Source: Nostoc sp.
Lineage (GTDB): Bacteria > Cyanobacteriota > Cyanobacteriia > Cyanobacteriales > Nostocaceae
DNA length: 64,000 nt
Direction: 5' to 3'
Assembly (NCBI GenBank): GCA_036918135.1
Contig: JBALDB010000005.1
Span: 96,001 to 160,000 of the forward strand
The notes under the pieces were generated by a model. The model was given only the letters and a program-made list of their open reading frames with translations. It was not told the DNA's origin and did no database searches. Positions 1 through 11,520 of this stretch are shown here, piece after piece (position 1 is the stretch's first letter; each line of letters begins with the position of its first letter). The position numbers and the translations under genes were made by a program.

Positions 1-21
1 CAGAAACACAGTTTTTATTTT

Positions 22-825
22 CTACTTGAATTTGGGCAAATTATTCGGGTCAATACCCTGAGATTGCAAATAAGCCATTAGCTGTTCTTTTTGCTGGCGT
101 TCCTGTTCGGCACGTTGACGTTCTTGTTCGGCGCGTTGGCGTTCCTGTTCGGCGCGTTGGCGTTCCTGTTCAATCTGTTCTACAGCCCACGGTAACAAAT
201 TACCATCTCGATCCCACCAGCGCAACCAATAACCAGTTCGCGCTTCTTTTGTGCCTTGCCAAGTTCCTAAAAATAAGCCCATTACATCAACCCAATGACG
301 GCCATTTTCATCGGGTTGCTTTAACTCATAACGTTGATTTTCCAGTTGATAATATTCTAATAAGCCGCCATTTGGGTCAAAAATTACGTAGAAGGGAATC
401 TGTAAAATTTGCTCGTAGAAAAACCATTTTCCTGGTGGATAACTTCGCTTTACCGAATATTCACCACCTTCAGTGTCGGATAGAAATTCCATAGCGACCG
501 CCGGAATATCTCCTTCTAAATTCGGTGTATAACTTTTACGATTACCTACAACTTCATTCACCGATGGTACATAAACCCAGTCTGGTGCTTTGGCAATAAA
601 TTGCCCGTTGACAGTGGCACAAAGACCAAAGTTTGAAGCTATCAACATTTGAGGTTGAATGAATCCATTAATTTCTAGACTTTCACGTAAAGCACCAGCC
701 AAAAGTGGCTGATCGGTATTCTCCACTGGTTCATCCTCTAGTTGAAAATCTTTGGGCAACGCTTCCCAAGAGATTACCTGTTCAATTTTGGATTTGGCTT
801 GGCTGAGTTGGGTTGCCATAAACAC
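22..825 (-). CDS. Uma2/DUF820 family putative restriction-endonuclease-fold protein
   Basis: APDWVYV...MEFLS motifs typical of cyanobacterial Uma2 proteins; C-terminal EQERQRA repeats (21-bp units, ~93-170). Confidence 0.85.
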   Translation of the reverse strand: MFMATQLSQAKSKIEQVISWEALPKDFQLEDEPVENTDQPLLAGALRESLEINGFIQPQMLIASNFGLCATVNGQFIAKAPDWVYVPSVNEVVGNRKSYTPNLEGDIPAVAMEFLSDTEGGEYSVKRSYPPGKWFFYEQILQIPFYVIFDPNGGLLEYYQLENQRYELKQPDENGRHWVDVMGLFLGTWQGTKEARTGYWLRWWDRDGNLLPWAVEQIEQERQRAEQERQRAEQERQRAEQERQQKEQLMAYLQSQGIDPNNLPKFK

Positions 826-950
826 AGCATGAATTTATTTTTAATTTATTTTATCGCTTACAGGACAGCTATGGAGGCGATGCGATCGGAGATTCTCTAA
901 CTAATTTCTGTCTTAAGAGTAACAAAAGTTGGTTTTTTGCGATTAGTGAA

Positions 951-1355
951 TCAGGCTTTGAGATACCTTTGTAGCCGTTGATTTAAAGTTCCTGTGTGTA
1001 ACTCAAATAAATGATTGTCATAGTCGTAAAAATACAAGGAACGTCCTTCGCCTTCCACACGGGTTCGACCTTCATTCACTTCCACCCCAAGGCTTTTTAC
1101 TCTAGTGGCATATAGTTCGTAGTCTTGTTCAGCTATTTTTAAAGCCAGATGGTTATAAGTTTTCTCTAATAAAGGCTCACCCTCCATAATTGCAACCCAT
1201 AAATCATTTATCAGGAAGAATTTTTCTTTTGATATGGAGAATGTTTGTTCGCCACTAGAATAAACTTCCTTAGCATCAAATATAAATGTCAAAAATTTTT
1301 TCATTTTTTCTAAATCTTTGACAATGAATGTGATATGACTAATTCCTTGAATCAT
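951..1355 (-). CDS. fosX: FosX-family fosfomycin resistance hydrolase (VOC fold)
   Basis: GISHITFIVKDL, SKEKFFL, TYNH, EGEGRSLYFYDYDNHLFELHTGTL closely follow FosX; His/His/Glu metal ligands present. Confidence 0.85.
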   Translation of the reverse strand: MIQGISHITFIVKDLEKMKKFLTFIFDAKEVYSSGEQTFSISKEKFFLINDLWVAIMEGEPLLEKTYNHLALKIAEQDYELYATRVKSLGVEVNEGRTRVEGEGRSLYFYDYDNHLFELHTGTLNQRLQRYLKA

Positions 1356-1417
1356 TTGTTTTTATGTTTTACTAAAATTTTTTTTAATAATTTTATCAAA
1401 AAATTAGCGTTAATTAC

Positions 1418-1444
1418 AAAAAAAGGGCAGGAAACCTACCCTTT
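1418..1444 (-). terminator. Probable intrinsic terminator downstream of glgP
   Basis: Hairpin aaagggcagg-aaa-cctacccttt next to an A-run (U-tract on the minus strand). Confidence 0.5.
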
Positions 1445-1469
1445 ATTTAATCAGGAAAATAAAAATGCT

Positions 1470-3683
1470 CTAAAGCAGAACTTTAGCTAAAATTGGTTCC
1501 ACAGTTTTAGAAATTTCTGGGACATAGACCTGTGAAACGTAGTCAGCAATCATTCTGTCAGTGTTGAATAACGGCGCATTTGTCTTAATCGACGTTTTCA
1601 TCATCTGCACCCAGCGATGGGGAATCCCTTGAGCATCTTGGTCATAATATAAAGGAACGATTTCTTCTTCTAAGAGCTGATAAAGCGATCGCGAGTCAAT
1701 ACGATCTTGCAATACTTGGTCGCTAGTATTAGCATCTTCACCAATTGCCCAACCGTTAATTCCCTTACCATCGGCGCCTGCTTGATAACCTTCACACCAC
1801 CAGCCATCCAGAACGCTGCAATTAAGACCGCCGTTAAAGCAGACTTTTTGCCCACTCGTACCAGAAGCCTCCAAGGGACGACGCGGATTATTTAACCAAA
1901 CATCCACACCTTGCACCAATTTTTGACCAGTGTAAATGTCGTAATCTTCAATAAAGGCGACTCGGTTAATAATGCCGGAGTTGTGACACCATTCCATTAA
2001 CCGCTGAATAATCCGCTTACCTTCTTCATCCGCTGGATGGGCTTTTCCTGCAAAGATAATTTGTACTGGACGTGATTTATTGCCAAAAATCTCCAATGCC
2101 CGTTGGGCGTCGCGCAAAATTAGATCCCCGCGTTTGTAGGGGCTGAAGCGTCTAGCAAATCCAATGGTCAACACATTGGGGTCGAGTAGCCTTTCGGTAG
2201 CTTGAATGAGGTCATAATTTTCGCCACGCAATTCCCGCGATTTCTTGACTTTATAACGGGTGAAAGCAATCAATCGTTCTTTGAGGATGAGATGTCGTGA
2301 CCACAGTTCCTCATCGGGAATTTCGTCAACTTTAGCCCACATCTTGGGATCGACGGCACGAGTTTTCCAGTCTTCTCCCAAATACTCTTTATATAAGTCA
2401 GCCAATAACGGTGCAGTCCAAGTAGGTGCATGAACGCCATTGGTAATGTAACCAATTGGTACTTTGTCTTCGGATCGCTGCGGATAGAGAACTGTCCACA
2501 TCTTACGGGAAACTTGACCGTGCAATTCACTGACGCCATTACAAGCACGAGACATCCGCAATGCTAAAACGGTCATCCCAAAGGGTTCCCAAGGGTCGCC
2601 TAGTCGCCTTGCACCCAATGCCAAAAATTGCTCGCGGGAAAGTCGCAATTGCGGCCAGTAGCTGGCAAAGAAGGAGTCAATTAAATCCGGGGAGAAGACG
2701 TCATGACCTGCGGGAACGGGGGTATGGGTAGTGAATACACAACTGTTCCGCACCTTGGCTTCGATGTCGTAGAAAGATTTGCCAGTCCGCTCAATTTCTA
2801 AGCGGGCAATTTCCAATGTGCAGAATGCAGCGTGTCCTTCGTTGAGGTGATAGACAGAAGGTTGAATTCCCAAAGCGTCCAAAGCCCGGACACCACCAAT
2901 GCCCAAAACAACTTCTTGAGCGATACGGGTTTCTAAGTTACCCCCGTATAGGTGTCCCGTCAGCCAGCGGTCAATGGGATCGTTATCGTTGCGATCGCTA
3001 TCTAATAAATATAAAGTCACTCGCCCGACTTGCACTCGCCAAATTTGCACTTTCACAAACCGCTGGCGAACTTGTAGCTGGATAATTAACGGCTCCCCTT
3101 GGTCATTTTTAATTAACTCTAGGGGCATCTGGTGGAAGGGGTTGTCAATATAATAATCTTCTTGCCAACCGTGGCGGCTCAAGCGTTGCCGAAAATAACC
3201 TTGGCGATACAACAAGCCGACTCCAACCATCGGTACGCCTAAATCTGATGATGATTTCAGGTGATCCCCAGCCAGAATGCCCAAGCCGCCAGAATAAACA
3301 GGTAGCGATTCATGGATGCCAAATTCGGCACAAAAGTAGGCAATGGGGCGGTCTTTGGATACTTGCGGTGCAACTCGACTTACCCAAGTATCTTGCTGTT
3401 TAATATATTGGTCAAACTCACGCGCCAGGGCAGATATCTGCTTGAGGTAAAATGGGTCTTCTGCTAATTGGGTGAGACGTTCGTAGCTTGCCGACTCTAA
3501 AATTGCGACTGGATTATGCCCGCAGCGTTCCCATTCTTGGGGATCGATGCTTTGGAATAGCGAGATGCGATCGCCACTCCAACTCCACCAGTAGTTATAA
3601 GCCAAATCTGCCAAACGCTTGAGCGGTAAAGGTAACTTTTCACTCAAGTGTCTTGCCGATCCTGTTGCACTGCTGTCAACCAT
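1470..3683 (-). CDS. glgP: Alpha-glucan (glycogen) phosphorylase
   Basis: YSGGLGILAGDHLKS, HLNEGHAAF, GFARRF and EASGTSGQK (PLP lysine) motifs. Confidence 0.95.
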   Translation of the reverse strand: MVDSSATGSARHLSEKLPLPLKRLADLAYNYWWSWSGDRISLFQSIDPQEWERCGHNPVAILESASYERLTQLAEDPFYLKQISALAREFDQYIKQQDTWVSRVAPQVSKDRPIAYFCAEFGIHESLPVYSGGLGILAGDHLKSSSDLGVPMVGVGLLYRQGYFRQRLSRHGWQEDYYIDNPFHQMPLELIKNDQGEPLIIQLQVRQRFVKVQIWRVQVGRVTLYLLDSDRNDNDPIDRWLTGHLYGGNLETRIAQEVVLGIGGVRALDALGIQPSVYHLNEGHAAFCTLEIARLEIERTGKSFYDIEAKVRNSCVFTTHTPVPAGHDVFSPDLIDSFFASYWPQLRLSREQFLALGARRLGDPWEPFGMTVLALRMSRACNGVSELHGQVSRKMWTVLYPQRSEDKVPIGYITNGVHAPTWTAPLLADLYKEYLGEDWKTRAVDPKMWAKVDEIPDEELWSRHLILKERLIAFTRYKVKKSRELRGENYDLIQATERLLDPNVLTIGFARRFSPYKRGDLILRDAQRALEIFGNKSRPVQIIFAGKAHPADEEGKRIIQRLMEWCHNSGIINRVAFIEDYDIYTGQKLVQGVDVWLNNPRRPLEASGTSGQKVCFNGGLNCSVLDGWWCEGYQAGADGKGINGWAIGEDANTSDQVLQDRIDSRSLYQLLEEEIVPLYYDQDAQGIPHRWVQMMKTSIKTNAPLFNTDRMIADYVSQVYVPEISKTVEPILAKVLL

Positions 3684-3722
3684 ATAAATCTACACCCTCT
3701 GTTTTAACTTTTTCTCTATTTA

Positions 3723-3800
3723 TTAGGGACTAAGGACTAGGGACTGGCGATTGGGCAATGGTTTCGCCCAATCCCCAATGCCCCATACCTAATGCCCAGT
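3723..3800. repeat. STRR-type heptamer repeats (GGGACTA / CCCAATC-like)
   Basis: Short tandem 7-mers in inverted arrangement upstream of glgP. Confidence 0.6.
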
Positions 3801-4377
3801 TCCTTTCATTTCCTCTTCAGATTTATAACACCAGAGTCTTCACTTACTGAATTCTCCCCTGAAGTTGGAGCTGTTTATCGACATCAAACCTTATCCAAGT
3901 AAATGGTTTTTATTGTTTTCGTCTTCTAAAGATTATCTCTGCTTTTGGACAAATTGGAAAATTTTTTATATCAAATTCATTGACATTTTTTTAACTTATT
4001 TGTTTTCTTGTAAATATTTATTTAAAAAACTAATTTTTTAACGACCACTATTTATCTGAAGTTGCTCATTAAAAGCCTTAAATAACAGAATTTAAGTCAT
4101 TTTCAGATGGTCAATTTGTACAGCGTGTAAGTCTTAAACTATTTAACTACAGATGTGTAGGGGAAAATATGAGCAGAGGTTTCTTTTGTTGGCATACCCT
4201 ACCGCAGTTTCTTGACTAAAAATTTTTACCCATCTTAAAAGGGCTGGTTATAGAGATAATACAAATTTTTCGGCTCTCAAATTAACTACTATAGCACGAT
4301 ATAAATAAACCACTTATTCCAGTTCAATGAAATAGTTGTAGGATAAAGTCACAAATGACAAATTAATAATTATTTTG

Positions 4378-5229
4378 TCACTTAACTCCTAAAGCGATCG
4401 CATGATGGCGGATATGATCTTCAATAAAACTGGCGATGAAATAATAACTGTGGTCATAACCTTCTTGGTAACGCAACTGTAGCGGCTGGTTAACATTTGC
4501 ACAAGCTTGCTCAAACACTTCTGGCAACAATTGCTCAGCTAAAAATTTATCAGCAGTGCCTTGGTCAATGAGAATCGAACTGTGATATCCTACTTTTTTG
4601 ACTAATTCACTAGCATCATAAGCACGCCAACTTTCTTGATTGCTACCAAGATAACCACTGAAAGCCTTTTGACCCCAAGGACAACGCATAGGTGCAGTGA
4701 TAGGTGCAAAAGCTGATACTGATTTGTAGAGTTTTGGGTTTCTCATTGCACAGACTAGCGCCCCATGTCCTCCCATTGAATGACCGAAAATACCTTGCTT
4801 ATCCGGCTGTGAGGGGAAGTTTGCAGTGATTAAAGTAGGTAATTCTTGAACGATATAACTATACATTTGGTAGTGTTGACGCCACGGTTCCTCAGTAGCA
4901 TCAACATAAAACCCCGCACCAGTGCCATAGTCTCGATCGTCATCCTCACCTGGAATACCAGTACTACGCGGACTAGTGTCAGGTACAACTAGTATTAAAC
5001 CATACTCAGATGCAAAGCGCTGTACCCCTCCTGCCTTAGCCATAAAATTCTCTTCTGTGCAAGTCAAACCAGAGAGAAAATAGAGAATTGGTAGAGGTTG
5101 TTGAGTTGCTTGTGGTGGTTGATAGATGGCAAAGCGCATTTCGCCGTTACAGGTTGAGGAGGAATGACTGTAAAAGCCGAGTTTGCCACCAAAGCTTTTA
5201 TATTCTGAAATCAGGTTGAGGTTAGACAT
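4378..5229 (-). CDS. fghA: S-formylglutathione hydrolase (esterase D)
   Basis: [20 protein letters not shown] nucleophile elbow, GYDHSYYF. Confidence 0.95.
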   Translation of the reverse strand: MSNLNLISEYKSFGGKLGFYSHSSSTCNGEMRFAIYQPPQATQQPLPILYFLSGLTCTEENFMAKAGGVQRFASEYGLILVVPDTSPRSTGIPGEDDDRDYGTGAGFYVDATEEPWRQHYQMYSYIVQELPTLITANFPSQPDKQGIFGHSMGGHGALVCAMRNPKLYKSVSAFAPITAPMRCPWGQKAFSGYLGSNQESWRAYDASELVKKVGYHSSILIDQGTADKFLAEQLLPEVFEQACANVNQPLQLRYQEGYDHSYYFIASFIEDHIRHHAIALGVK

Positions 5230-5430
5230 TGGTTATATTCTCTTTCCTGAACGGTTGCCACAGAAAGATTATTTTAGCCTAAATTAAAAACAAAGGTAAT
5301 TTTGGCATTTCATATTCTAATGGTTGATAACCTAAAAGTTTCAAAGACTCTATTTGCCTGCGCTAACGACGCAAGACGCCAAGACGACAACTTGCTCACG
5401 AATTAAAAATTACGAATTAATAATATTTGG

Positions 5431-6222
5431 TTAATTAACCCTTCGATTAGGTAACTTAGTCCCACAGCTTTTACAAAACACAGCATCGACATCGTGGAAA
5501 GTCAAACCACAACTCGAACACACTGTTTCTACCTGATTAGCTGTTTTCACCACTTGCTTAATTAAATCTCCCACTTGCCAAGGAATCAGCGCAATTCCTG
5601 TAAAAATCATCAGTACTGTTAGCAAGCGCCCTAATCCAGAAATTGGAATCACATCGCCAAATCCTACAGTTGTCATTGTGACAACTGAAAAATAAAATGC
5701 ATCCAAAAATGTAGCGTATTTTTCCCGATTAACCGGATGCTCGACTTGATAAATTAAGCCAGAGTAAACAAAAACAATTGCAAACAATGTAAATAATATT
5801 CGCGCAAAAATCATACCATCTTCGGTGCTGATACTGGCGAATAAAACTTTTCTATCTATAAATCTGATTAATCGTAAAATCCGAAACCATCGCAGTAAAC
5901 GGATAAATCTGATATCCACTATTCCTATGAATAATGGTAAAATTGCCATTAAGTCAATAATCGAATAAAAGCTAAAAATATACTTAATTTTATTTTCGGC
6001 ACTCCAGAGACGGAGCAAATATTCTATTAAGAAGATGATAGCGATCGCAGTATCGGCTACGCTCAACTGTAAGCGAACAGAATCAGAAATATTATAAGTT
6101 TCTGCTACAAAAATTCCTGATGAAATGAGTACTAATACTGCAAGTGTTAAATTAATGGCTTGACCTAATGGTGTTTCCAAGTCTTTTAAGTAAAAATCTG
6201 TTATTTCTCTACTCAGTAACAT
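5431..6222 (-). CDS. Voltage-gated potassium channel-like ion transporter
   Basis: S4-like RFIRLLRWFRILR, pore motif TMTTVGFGD, C-terminal CxxC..CxxC. Confidence 0.9.
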   Translation of the reverse strand: MLLSREITDFYLKDLETPLGQAINLTLAVLVLISSGIFVAETYNISDSVRLQLSVADTAIAIIFLIEYLLRLWSAENKIKYIFSFYSIIDLMAILPLFIGIVDIRFIRLLRWFRILRLIRFIDRKVLFASISTEDGMIFARILFTLFAIVFVYSGLIYQVEHPVNREKYATFLDAFYFSVVTMTTVGFGDVIPISGLGRLLTVLMIFTGIALIPWQVGDLIKQVVKTANQVETVCSSCGLTFHDVDAVFCKSCGTKLPNRRVN

Positions 6223-6309
6223 ATTCGACCATTAACCAATTTTAATTCATAGTTATAGCATTAGAAACACGATATGGCTAATCATTATCTTGAGGTTATC
6301 TCAAGCTTA

Positions 6310-6731
6310 TATAAACTCAGAATATTTTATGCGTTTACCATTGGCATCAGCCAAAATAGATGATACGCTTTCCGGTACAGTGATTGTTAAAGATAACGAA
6401 GTAGTTTAGCTCATAATACTGTCACAAGAGACAACGACTCATTAGCCCATGCAAAATCAACGCAATTCATAGTTTAACAGCTAAACTTCAAAACCCCTCT
6501 TTAGAAGGTTATAGCATATATACAACTGGCGAACCTTGTCTGATGTGTGCAACTGCTTGTGTTTGGAGTGATTTATCAGAAATTGTATATGGTGCTTCAA
6601 TTCAAGATATAATCACTGTAAATCAATCACAGATTGATATTACGTATGAAGAGGTCATAGCCAAATCATTTAGAAACATCAAAGGGACTCAAGGCATTTT
6701 AAAATAAGAATATTTTGCATTATTTAAATAA
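6310..6731 (+). pseudogene. Degraded nucleoside (guanine/cytidine-type) deaminase
   Basis: Manual translation across stops and frameshifts gives EYFMRL..VIVKDNEVV*, AHNTVTRDND..AHA and INAIH..LEGYSIYTTGEPCLMCATACVWSDLSEIVYGAS (HAE/PCxxC deaminase motifs, disrupted). Confidence 0.8.
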
Positions 6732-6761
6732 GTTAATTTTTATAAAAGTAACTGAGGGAAA

Positions 6762-7079
6762 ATGTCAGAAATAGTTGGTTTAGAAGGAATGACTGTAGAA
6801 GAGGTAAACAAAGAGATAGCAAATGGTGCTAAGTTTGTCGTTTTTCTTTATTGCTTTTCTATAATAATTTTAAGCTTTAAACGTAATTCTAAAATTTACT
6901 TTATTAAGGCTGGTGAAAGTACTCTTAAAAAAAGCCTTTCATTTATATTAATTTCATTATTTTTAGGTTGGTGGGGTATACCTTGGGGAATAATTTATAC
7001 AGTACAATGTCTTTTTACTAACCTTAGAGGTGGAAAAGACATGACTGCACAAGTAATTGCTGCTTTAAGACAGACATAA
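6762..7079 (+). CDS. Small hypothetical membrane protein
   Basis: Two hydrophobic segments and LGWWGIPWG motif; gaggg RBS-like sequence upstream. Confidence 0.75.
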   Translation: MSEIVGLEGMTVEEVNKEIANGAKFVVFLYCFSIIILSFKRNSKIYFIKAGESTLKKSLSFILISLFLGWWGIPWGIIYTVQCLFTNLRGGKDMTAQVIAALRQT

Positions 7080-7167
7080 ACTGATATGGGTCTAAATTGC
7101 ATAAACACTCTTTATAACTGTTAACTGTTATCAGTCATCAGTCATCGAATCTATACGGTCTTAGTTT

Positions 7168-7833
7168 TCAGGTAGACTCATTCAAATAAGACAAAAATGT
7201 ATTTGCGATAATAGCAGCTTGCGTGCGATCGCGCAAATTCAACCTATTTAAAATATTTGTAACATGATTTTTTACTGTCCCCTCAGAAATGTAAAGTTCT
7301 TGAGCAATTTCTCGGTTGCTAGCACCTGTAGCAATTAACCGCAAAACCTCCTTTTCTCTAGGAGTAAGTTCAGTTAAAGCAGATGGTACAGGTGGTAACT
7401 GAGTTGGTGCAGGTTTAGAAAATTGAGTCAATAGTTTTTTGACTATTCCTGGGCCTAATTGAGTGTATCCTTTATATACAGCGCGAATAGCAACAGCTAA
7501 TTCTTCTGAAGGTGTATCTTTCAATAAATAACCCATTGCCCCACTTTGTAAGGCTGCTGAGACATATTCATGATCGTCAAAAGTTGTGAGTACTAAAATC
7601 TTCGTTTTGGGAAAACGTTTTTGAATTTCTCGCGTGGCTGCAACTCCATCCATAACCGGCATTCTGATATCTAACAATACGACATCTGGCTGAAATTCAG
7701 CAACTAAATTAATCGCCTCTTCACCGTTTTGTGCTTCTCCCACTATCTCTAAATCTGGTTCTAGTTCTAATAACGCTCTTAATCCTTGGCGAATTAAACT
7801 TTGGTCATCTACCAGCAATACTTTAATCTTCAT
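7168..7833 (-). CDS. NarL/LuxR-family response regulator
   Basis: REC domain (LVDD..LLDIRMP..YLLK) plus [18 protein letters not shown]. Confidence 0.95.
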   Translation of the reverse strand: MKIKVLLVDDQSLIRQGLRALLELEPDLEIVGEAQNGEEAINLVAEFQPDVVLLDIRMPVMDGVAATREIQKRFPKTKILVLTTFDDHEYVSAALQSGAMGYLLKDTPSEELAVAIRAVYKGYTQLGPGIVKKLLTQFSKPAPTQLPPVPSALTELTPREKEVLRLIATGASNREIAQELYISEGTVKNHVTNILNRLNLRDRTQAAIIANTFLSYLNEST

Positions 7834-9107
7834 GTCAACCTCATTAAAGGAATATTAACTATAATTTTGCAACCAGATCCAGGAGTGGTATTAATATTAA
7901 ATTCACCTCCAAGTGCTAAAGTGCGATCGCGCATACTATGAAGTCCAAAACCAGTAGTATTTTGCCTGAAATCAAAGCCTCTACCGTTATCTTGAATTAT
8001 TAATTGTAAATTGCTTCTAATGGTAGTGAGTTCTATTTTTACCTCTGTTGCAGACGCATATTTAGAAATATTTGTCAATGATTCTTGAGTAATCCGATAA
8101 ATAGCAGTATTAATTTCAGGTGGTAAGGAATATTCTAGATTGATTTGATAAATTGGGAGAATACCATTTGAGCGATGAAAAGATTCTGCAAGACCAGCGA
8201 TCGCAAGTTCTAGAGATTGCTCTTGTAAAGGGTTAGAACGCATAGTTGAAACAGATTGACGGACATCGTTAAGTGCTTTTGAACCTAATTCTTTTGCTGT
8301 TGTCAGAAATGTTTCAGCCTTAATTGGATTAGATTGCCATAATTTTAAAGCAGTTTCTAATTGCAGATTTAAAGCAGTTAGAGAATGTCCTAATGAATCG
8401 TGGATTTCACGAGCAATGCGATTTCGTTCTTCTAAAGTAGCTTGATTTTCAATTTGCATAGCATATTGGCGAAGTTTTTCGTTAGCAACAGCTAGTTTTT
8501 GGCGACTGTGCCGTTCAGATAACACTGCATTCATCATCAACAGTACGAAAACTAAACTTAGAGCAAATACCAATGACCAGTTCAAGCTCAAAAATCGAAA
8601 ACGTTCTTGAGCCTGTGGTGAAGATTGAAAACTGAATAACTGATATTTTAATTGTGTAGTTAAAAGAAATAAACTAAATGCAAGACTCGTAACAAATAAA
8701 CGTCCACGTAACTGAAAAATTAGACAACTGCGAGTTACTAAAATTATATACAGAAAAGGAAAAAGGCGAGCAAATCTTTCTCCAAAAAGTCCAGTTATTA
8801 AAATTAATAAAATTTCTGCAATTGTGTAGATTAACTTATTTTTATGGTTATCTTTAGGTAACCATAAACCCATTAATGCAAAAACAATTAGACTATAAGT
8901 TGATAATTCTGGTAAGAGATTACAAATTGATAAATCTGGAAATGTTCCACAAATGGAGAATTCTATTGGTTTAGGATGAAATCGCCGTAATGGAGGTGGT
9001 GGAGGTGGTATAACTGCTATCAAAGCAGTAATTGTCAATAATATCCATTCTAAATAAAGCAGAGATGGAAAAGGATGTTTTTTAATTTGAATTAGAGGAT
9101 CGATCAT
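7830..9107 (-). CDS. Membrane sensor histidine kinase (HisKA_3)
   Basis: [29 protein letters not shown]-terminal TM segments; 4-bp overlap with the regulator. Confidence 0.95.
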   Translation of the reverse strand: MIDPLIQIKKHPFPSLLYLEWILLTITALIAVIPPPPPPLRRFHPKPIEFSICGTFPDLSICNLLPELSTYSLIVFALMGLWLPKDNHKNKLIYTIAEILLILITGLFGERFARLFPFLYIILVTRSCLIFQLRGRLFVTSLAFSLFLLTTQLKYQLFSFQSSPQAQERFRFLSLNWSLVFALSLVFVLLMMNAVLSERHSRQKLAVANEKLRQYAMQIENQATLEERNRIAREIHDSLGHSLTALNLQLETALKLWQSNPIKAETFLTTAKELGSKALNDVRQSVSTMRSNPLQEQSLELAIAGLAESFHRSNGILPIYQINLEYSLPPEINTAIYRITQESLTNISKYASATEVKIELTTIRSNLQLIIQDNGRGFDFRQNTTGFGLHSMRDRTLALGGEFNINTTPGSGCKIIVNIPLMRLT

Positions 9108-9182
9108 TTTAAAGTCTTAAGTCCTAACTCTTAACTCTTAACTCCTAACTCCTATTATTTTCAGTCACATTTGTCATAATTG

Positions 9183-9232
9183 AATCATGACTTTAGTCAT
9201 GGGTATAATCATGACTTTCTCCTCATGTGACT
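9183..9232. promoter_or_regulatory. Putative NarL-type operator between kinase and spy-like gene
   Basis: Inverted repeat catgact-tt-agtcatg (9186-9201) and a second aatcatgacttt copy 24 bp later, in the divergent promoter region. Confidence 0.55.
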
Positions 9233-9291
9233 ATTGAAGAGAAATTCTTATGATGGTGGCATCCAAACAGGAGAAAACCACGAGATAAGTA

Positions 9292-9771
9292 ATGAAACTC
9301 AAGACATTATCATTAATTGCTGGAGCGATCGCCCTAAGTTTAACTACAACTTCTTTTGCTGTTGTAGCTCAAACAGCCTCTCCTTCACCCCTGCTACTCG
9401 CACAAACTCCACAAAAACCAAAAGGCCCTTGGGCAGAATTGGGACTAACTGATACACAAAAAAGCCAAATTCAGTCAATTCGCCGCGATAGCCGCGCCAA
9501 ATATGAAGCAGTTTTGACTCCAGAACAAAAAGCAAAGTTAGAAGCAGCAAAGCAAGCACGTCAAGCTGAACGCCAAGCAGGTCAGCGTCGAGGTGGACGA
9601 AAGAATTTTGCTGACTTAAATCTGACTGAAGCACAGAAAACGCAAATGCGCCAAATTCGGGAATCAGAGAAACAACAGATTCAAGCAGTTTTAACTCCCG
9701 AACAGCGGCAAAAATTAGAGCAATTCCAGCAGAACTTCAAACAACGTCGTCAACAAAGAAATTCTCAATAA
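9292..9771 (+). CDS. Spy/CpxP-family periplasmic chaperone
   Basis: Signal peptide plus repeated LTxxQ motifs (LTDTQK, LTPEQK, LTEAQK, LTPEQR). Confidence 0.85.
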   Translation: MKLKTLSLIAGAIALSLTTTSFAVVAQTASPSPLLLAQTPQKPKGPWAELGLTDTQKSQIQSIRRDSRAKYEAVLTPEQKAKLEAAKQARQAERQAGQRRGGRKNFADLNLTEAQKTQMRQIRESEKQQIQAVLTPEQRQKLEQFQQNFKQRRQQRNSQ

Positions 9772-9957
9772 GCTTTAATCTTTAAAAAAAGAGTTAATAG
9801 TTTGGGATGGGCAAATATCGCCCATTTCATTCCCAGCTAGCTAATTATGGGAAATTCCATAACTCTGTAGCTAAGAATTAAAGAATTATATAGACTTCTT
9901 GCAGAAGACGGGAAAGGGGAAAATTTTATCTCCTTTCCCTTTTCTTATTCTTATACC

Positions 9958-9977
9958 CCACTGCTATATAGCAGTGG
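9958..9977. terminator. Perfect 20-bp palindrome between convergent genes (possible bidirectional terminator)
   Basis: ccactgctatatagcagtgg. Confidence 0.4.
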
Positions 9978-9984
9978 TATCAGC

Positions 9985-11502
9985 TTAAACTTTTTTCTCA
10001 CAGACTGCTAAAAGTTCCAGAATGACTCCATTTGTCCAGCCGAAACCAATTTCGTTAGAACTATATCCAAAGCAGATTTCATCGGAAACGTTGGCAGAAC
10101 AGCGCTCAACATCATATTTCTCAACTAAAGTGTGGTGACGCCCAAATTCTTTAACTACCATAGCGAGGAATTTGTTGGCAATCCGGTCGGCTTGTGTATG
10201 ATATCCATAGCGGTGAAGTCCCTGAACAGCAATTAACGTCAGTGGTGCCCAACCAAAGGGGGCATCCCACTGGTTACCGGTGACACGAGTACTAGTAAAA
10301 ATTCCTCCTGGGGCTTCAAACAAAGAAAGATTTTCTACTAAGCGCTTGGCTTGGTTTGGGGAAGCTATTCCTAGCCAGAGGGGATAGAAGGTAGTGGCAA
10401 ATTCATAACGGCGGCGTTTTCCACTCTGGAAGTGATAATCCAGATACAGTCCGTGTTCTTCATCCCAGAGACATTGGTCGATGCGATCGCGGCGGATCTC
10501 TGCACGTTTGCGCCATTTTTGCGCTAGTTGTTCGTACCCAAAAATCTCTTTAATTTCGGCTAAGTCTTGTTCTACCTGATACAGCAAACTATTCAAGCAC
10601 ACAGGCGCGTAATGGAGGATATCAGCACTGAAGGGGCCAAATCGGTTAGTGATATCAAAACCAGACTCGCGCATGGTACGATCGCTCTTGTAAAAGAGTC
10701 TGGTCAGTTGGTCATTTTCGCGATCGTAATAAAGACTAACGTCATAATCCTCAACTTCAAAAGTTTGGTAATACTCCTTAACGCGATCGTAATGGCTTCT
10801 TCCCTGCTCATCTAGCTCAGAGAACAAAACTTCTGGTGCAGGGCCTTCCCCAAAGGCATAAAATCGGGATAACCCGGTTGCTGCATTCAGGTGGGGCGGT
10901 ACTACCCAATAATAGTAAAACTGTTCTAGTAGGGGTATCGTTGACCTGAGCCACTCTTCATTCTGGGTGTGCCGGAATAGTGCCAGAACCATCATACTGA
11001 GGACAGGCGGCTGCGATCGCGACAGCATGTAAGTCCGGTTGGAATTGAGGATAATACCGTAATGTTGCAGCTGGTACAGTAATTGGTCTACTTGGCTTTG
11101 AGCTAGTTCCAATTCCCCATCGCGCAAAAGTCCCAATAATATAAAGTAGCTGTCCCAACCATACATTTCGTTAAACCGACCGCCAGGTACAACATAAGAC
11201 CCTGGCAGATATAATAATCCATGCTCTTTAATTGCTTCGACTTCGCTGGGCAAAGTGCGAATTTCAATTTTTTGCATTTCCTGGGGAGATAGGATACCCT
11301 CCAACACTCTTTGAATATTGGGACAGTCTTCCAAAGGTGAAACATAAACAATCCACGGATTTTCTGTTTTGTGGTCTAGCTTCGTATCCTTTGCAGATTG
11401 TAATAAATGCTTATGCGATCGCGTTAACGTTTTCCACGTTTTTTTAATATGAGCTTGTAGAGCCTCAATCTCGACGGAAGTGAGTGCTAGTTGAGTAGTC
11501 AT
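9985..11502 (-). CDS. treH: Alpha,alpha-trehalase (GH37)
   Basis: PGGRFNEMYGWDSYF, RSQPP, QWDAPFGWAP, GFGWTNG; last gene of the treZYH operon. Confidence 0.92.
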   Translation of the reverse strand: MTTQLALTSVEIEALQAHIKKTWKTLTRSHKHLLQSAKDTKLDHKTENPWIVYVSPLEDCPNIQRVLEGILSPQEMQKIEIRTLPSEVEAIKEHGLLYLPGSYVVPGGRFNEMYGWDSYFILLGLLRDGELELAQSQVDQLLYQLQHYGIILNSNRTYMLSRSQPPVLSMMVLALFRHTQNEEWLRSTIPLLEQFYYYWVVPPHLNAATGLSRFYAFGEGPAPEVLFSELDEQGRSHYDRVKEYYQTFEVEDYDVSLYYDRENDQLTRLFYKSDRTMRESGFDITNRFGPFSADILHYAPVCLNSLLYQVEQDLAEIKEIFGYEQLAQKWRKRAEIRRDRIDQCLWDEEHGLYLDYHFQSGKRRRYEFATTFYPLWLGIASPNQAKRLVENLSLFEAPGGIFTSTRVTGNQWDAPFGWAPLTLIAVQGLHRYGYHTQADRIANKFLAMVVKEFGRHHTLVEKYDVERCSANVSDEICFGYSSNEIGFGWTNGVILELLAVCEKKV

Positions 11503-11520
11503 AATATCTCAATGAGGAGT

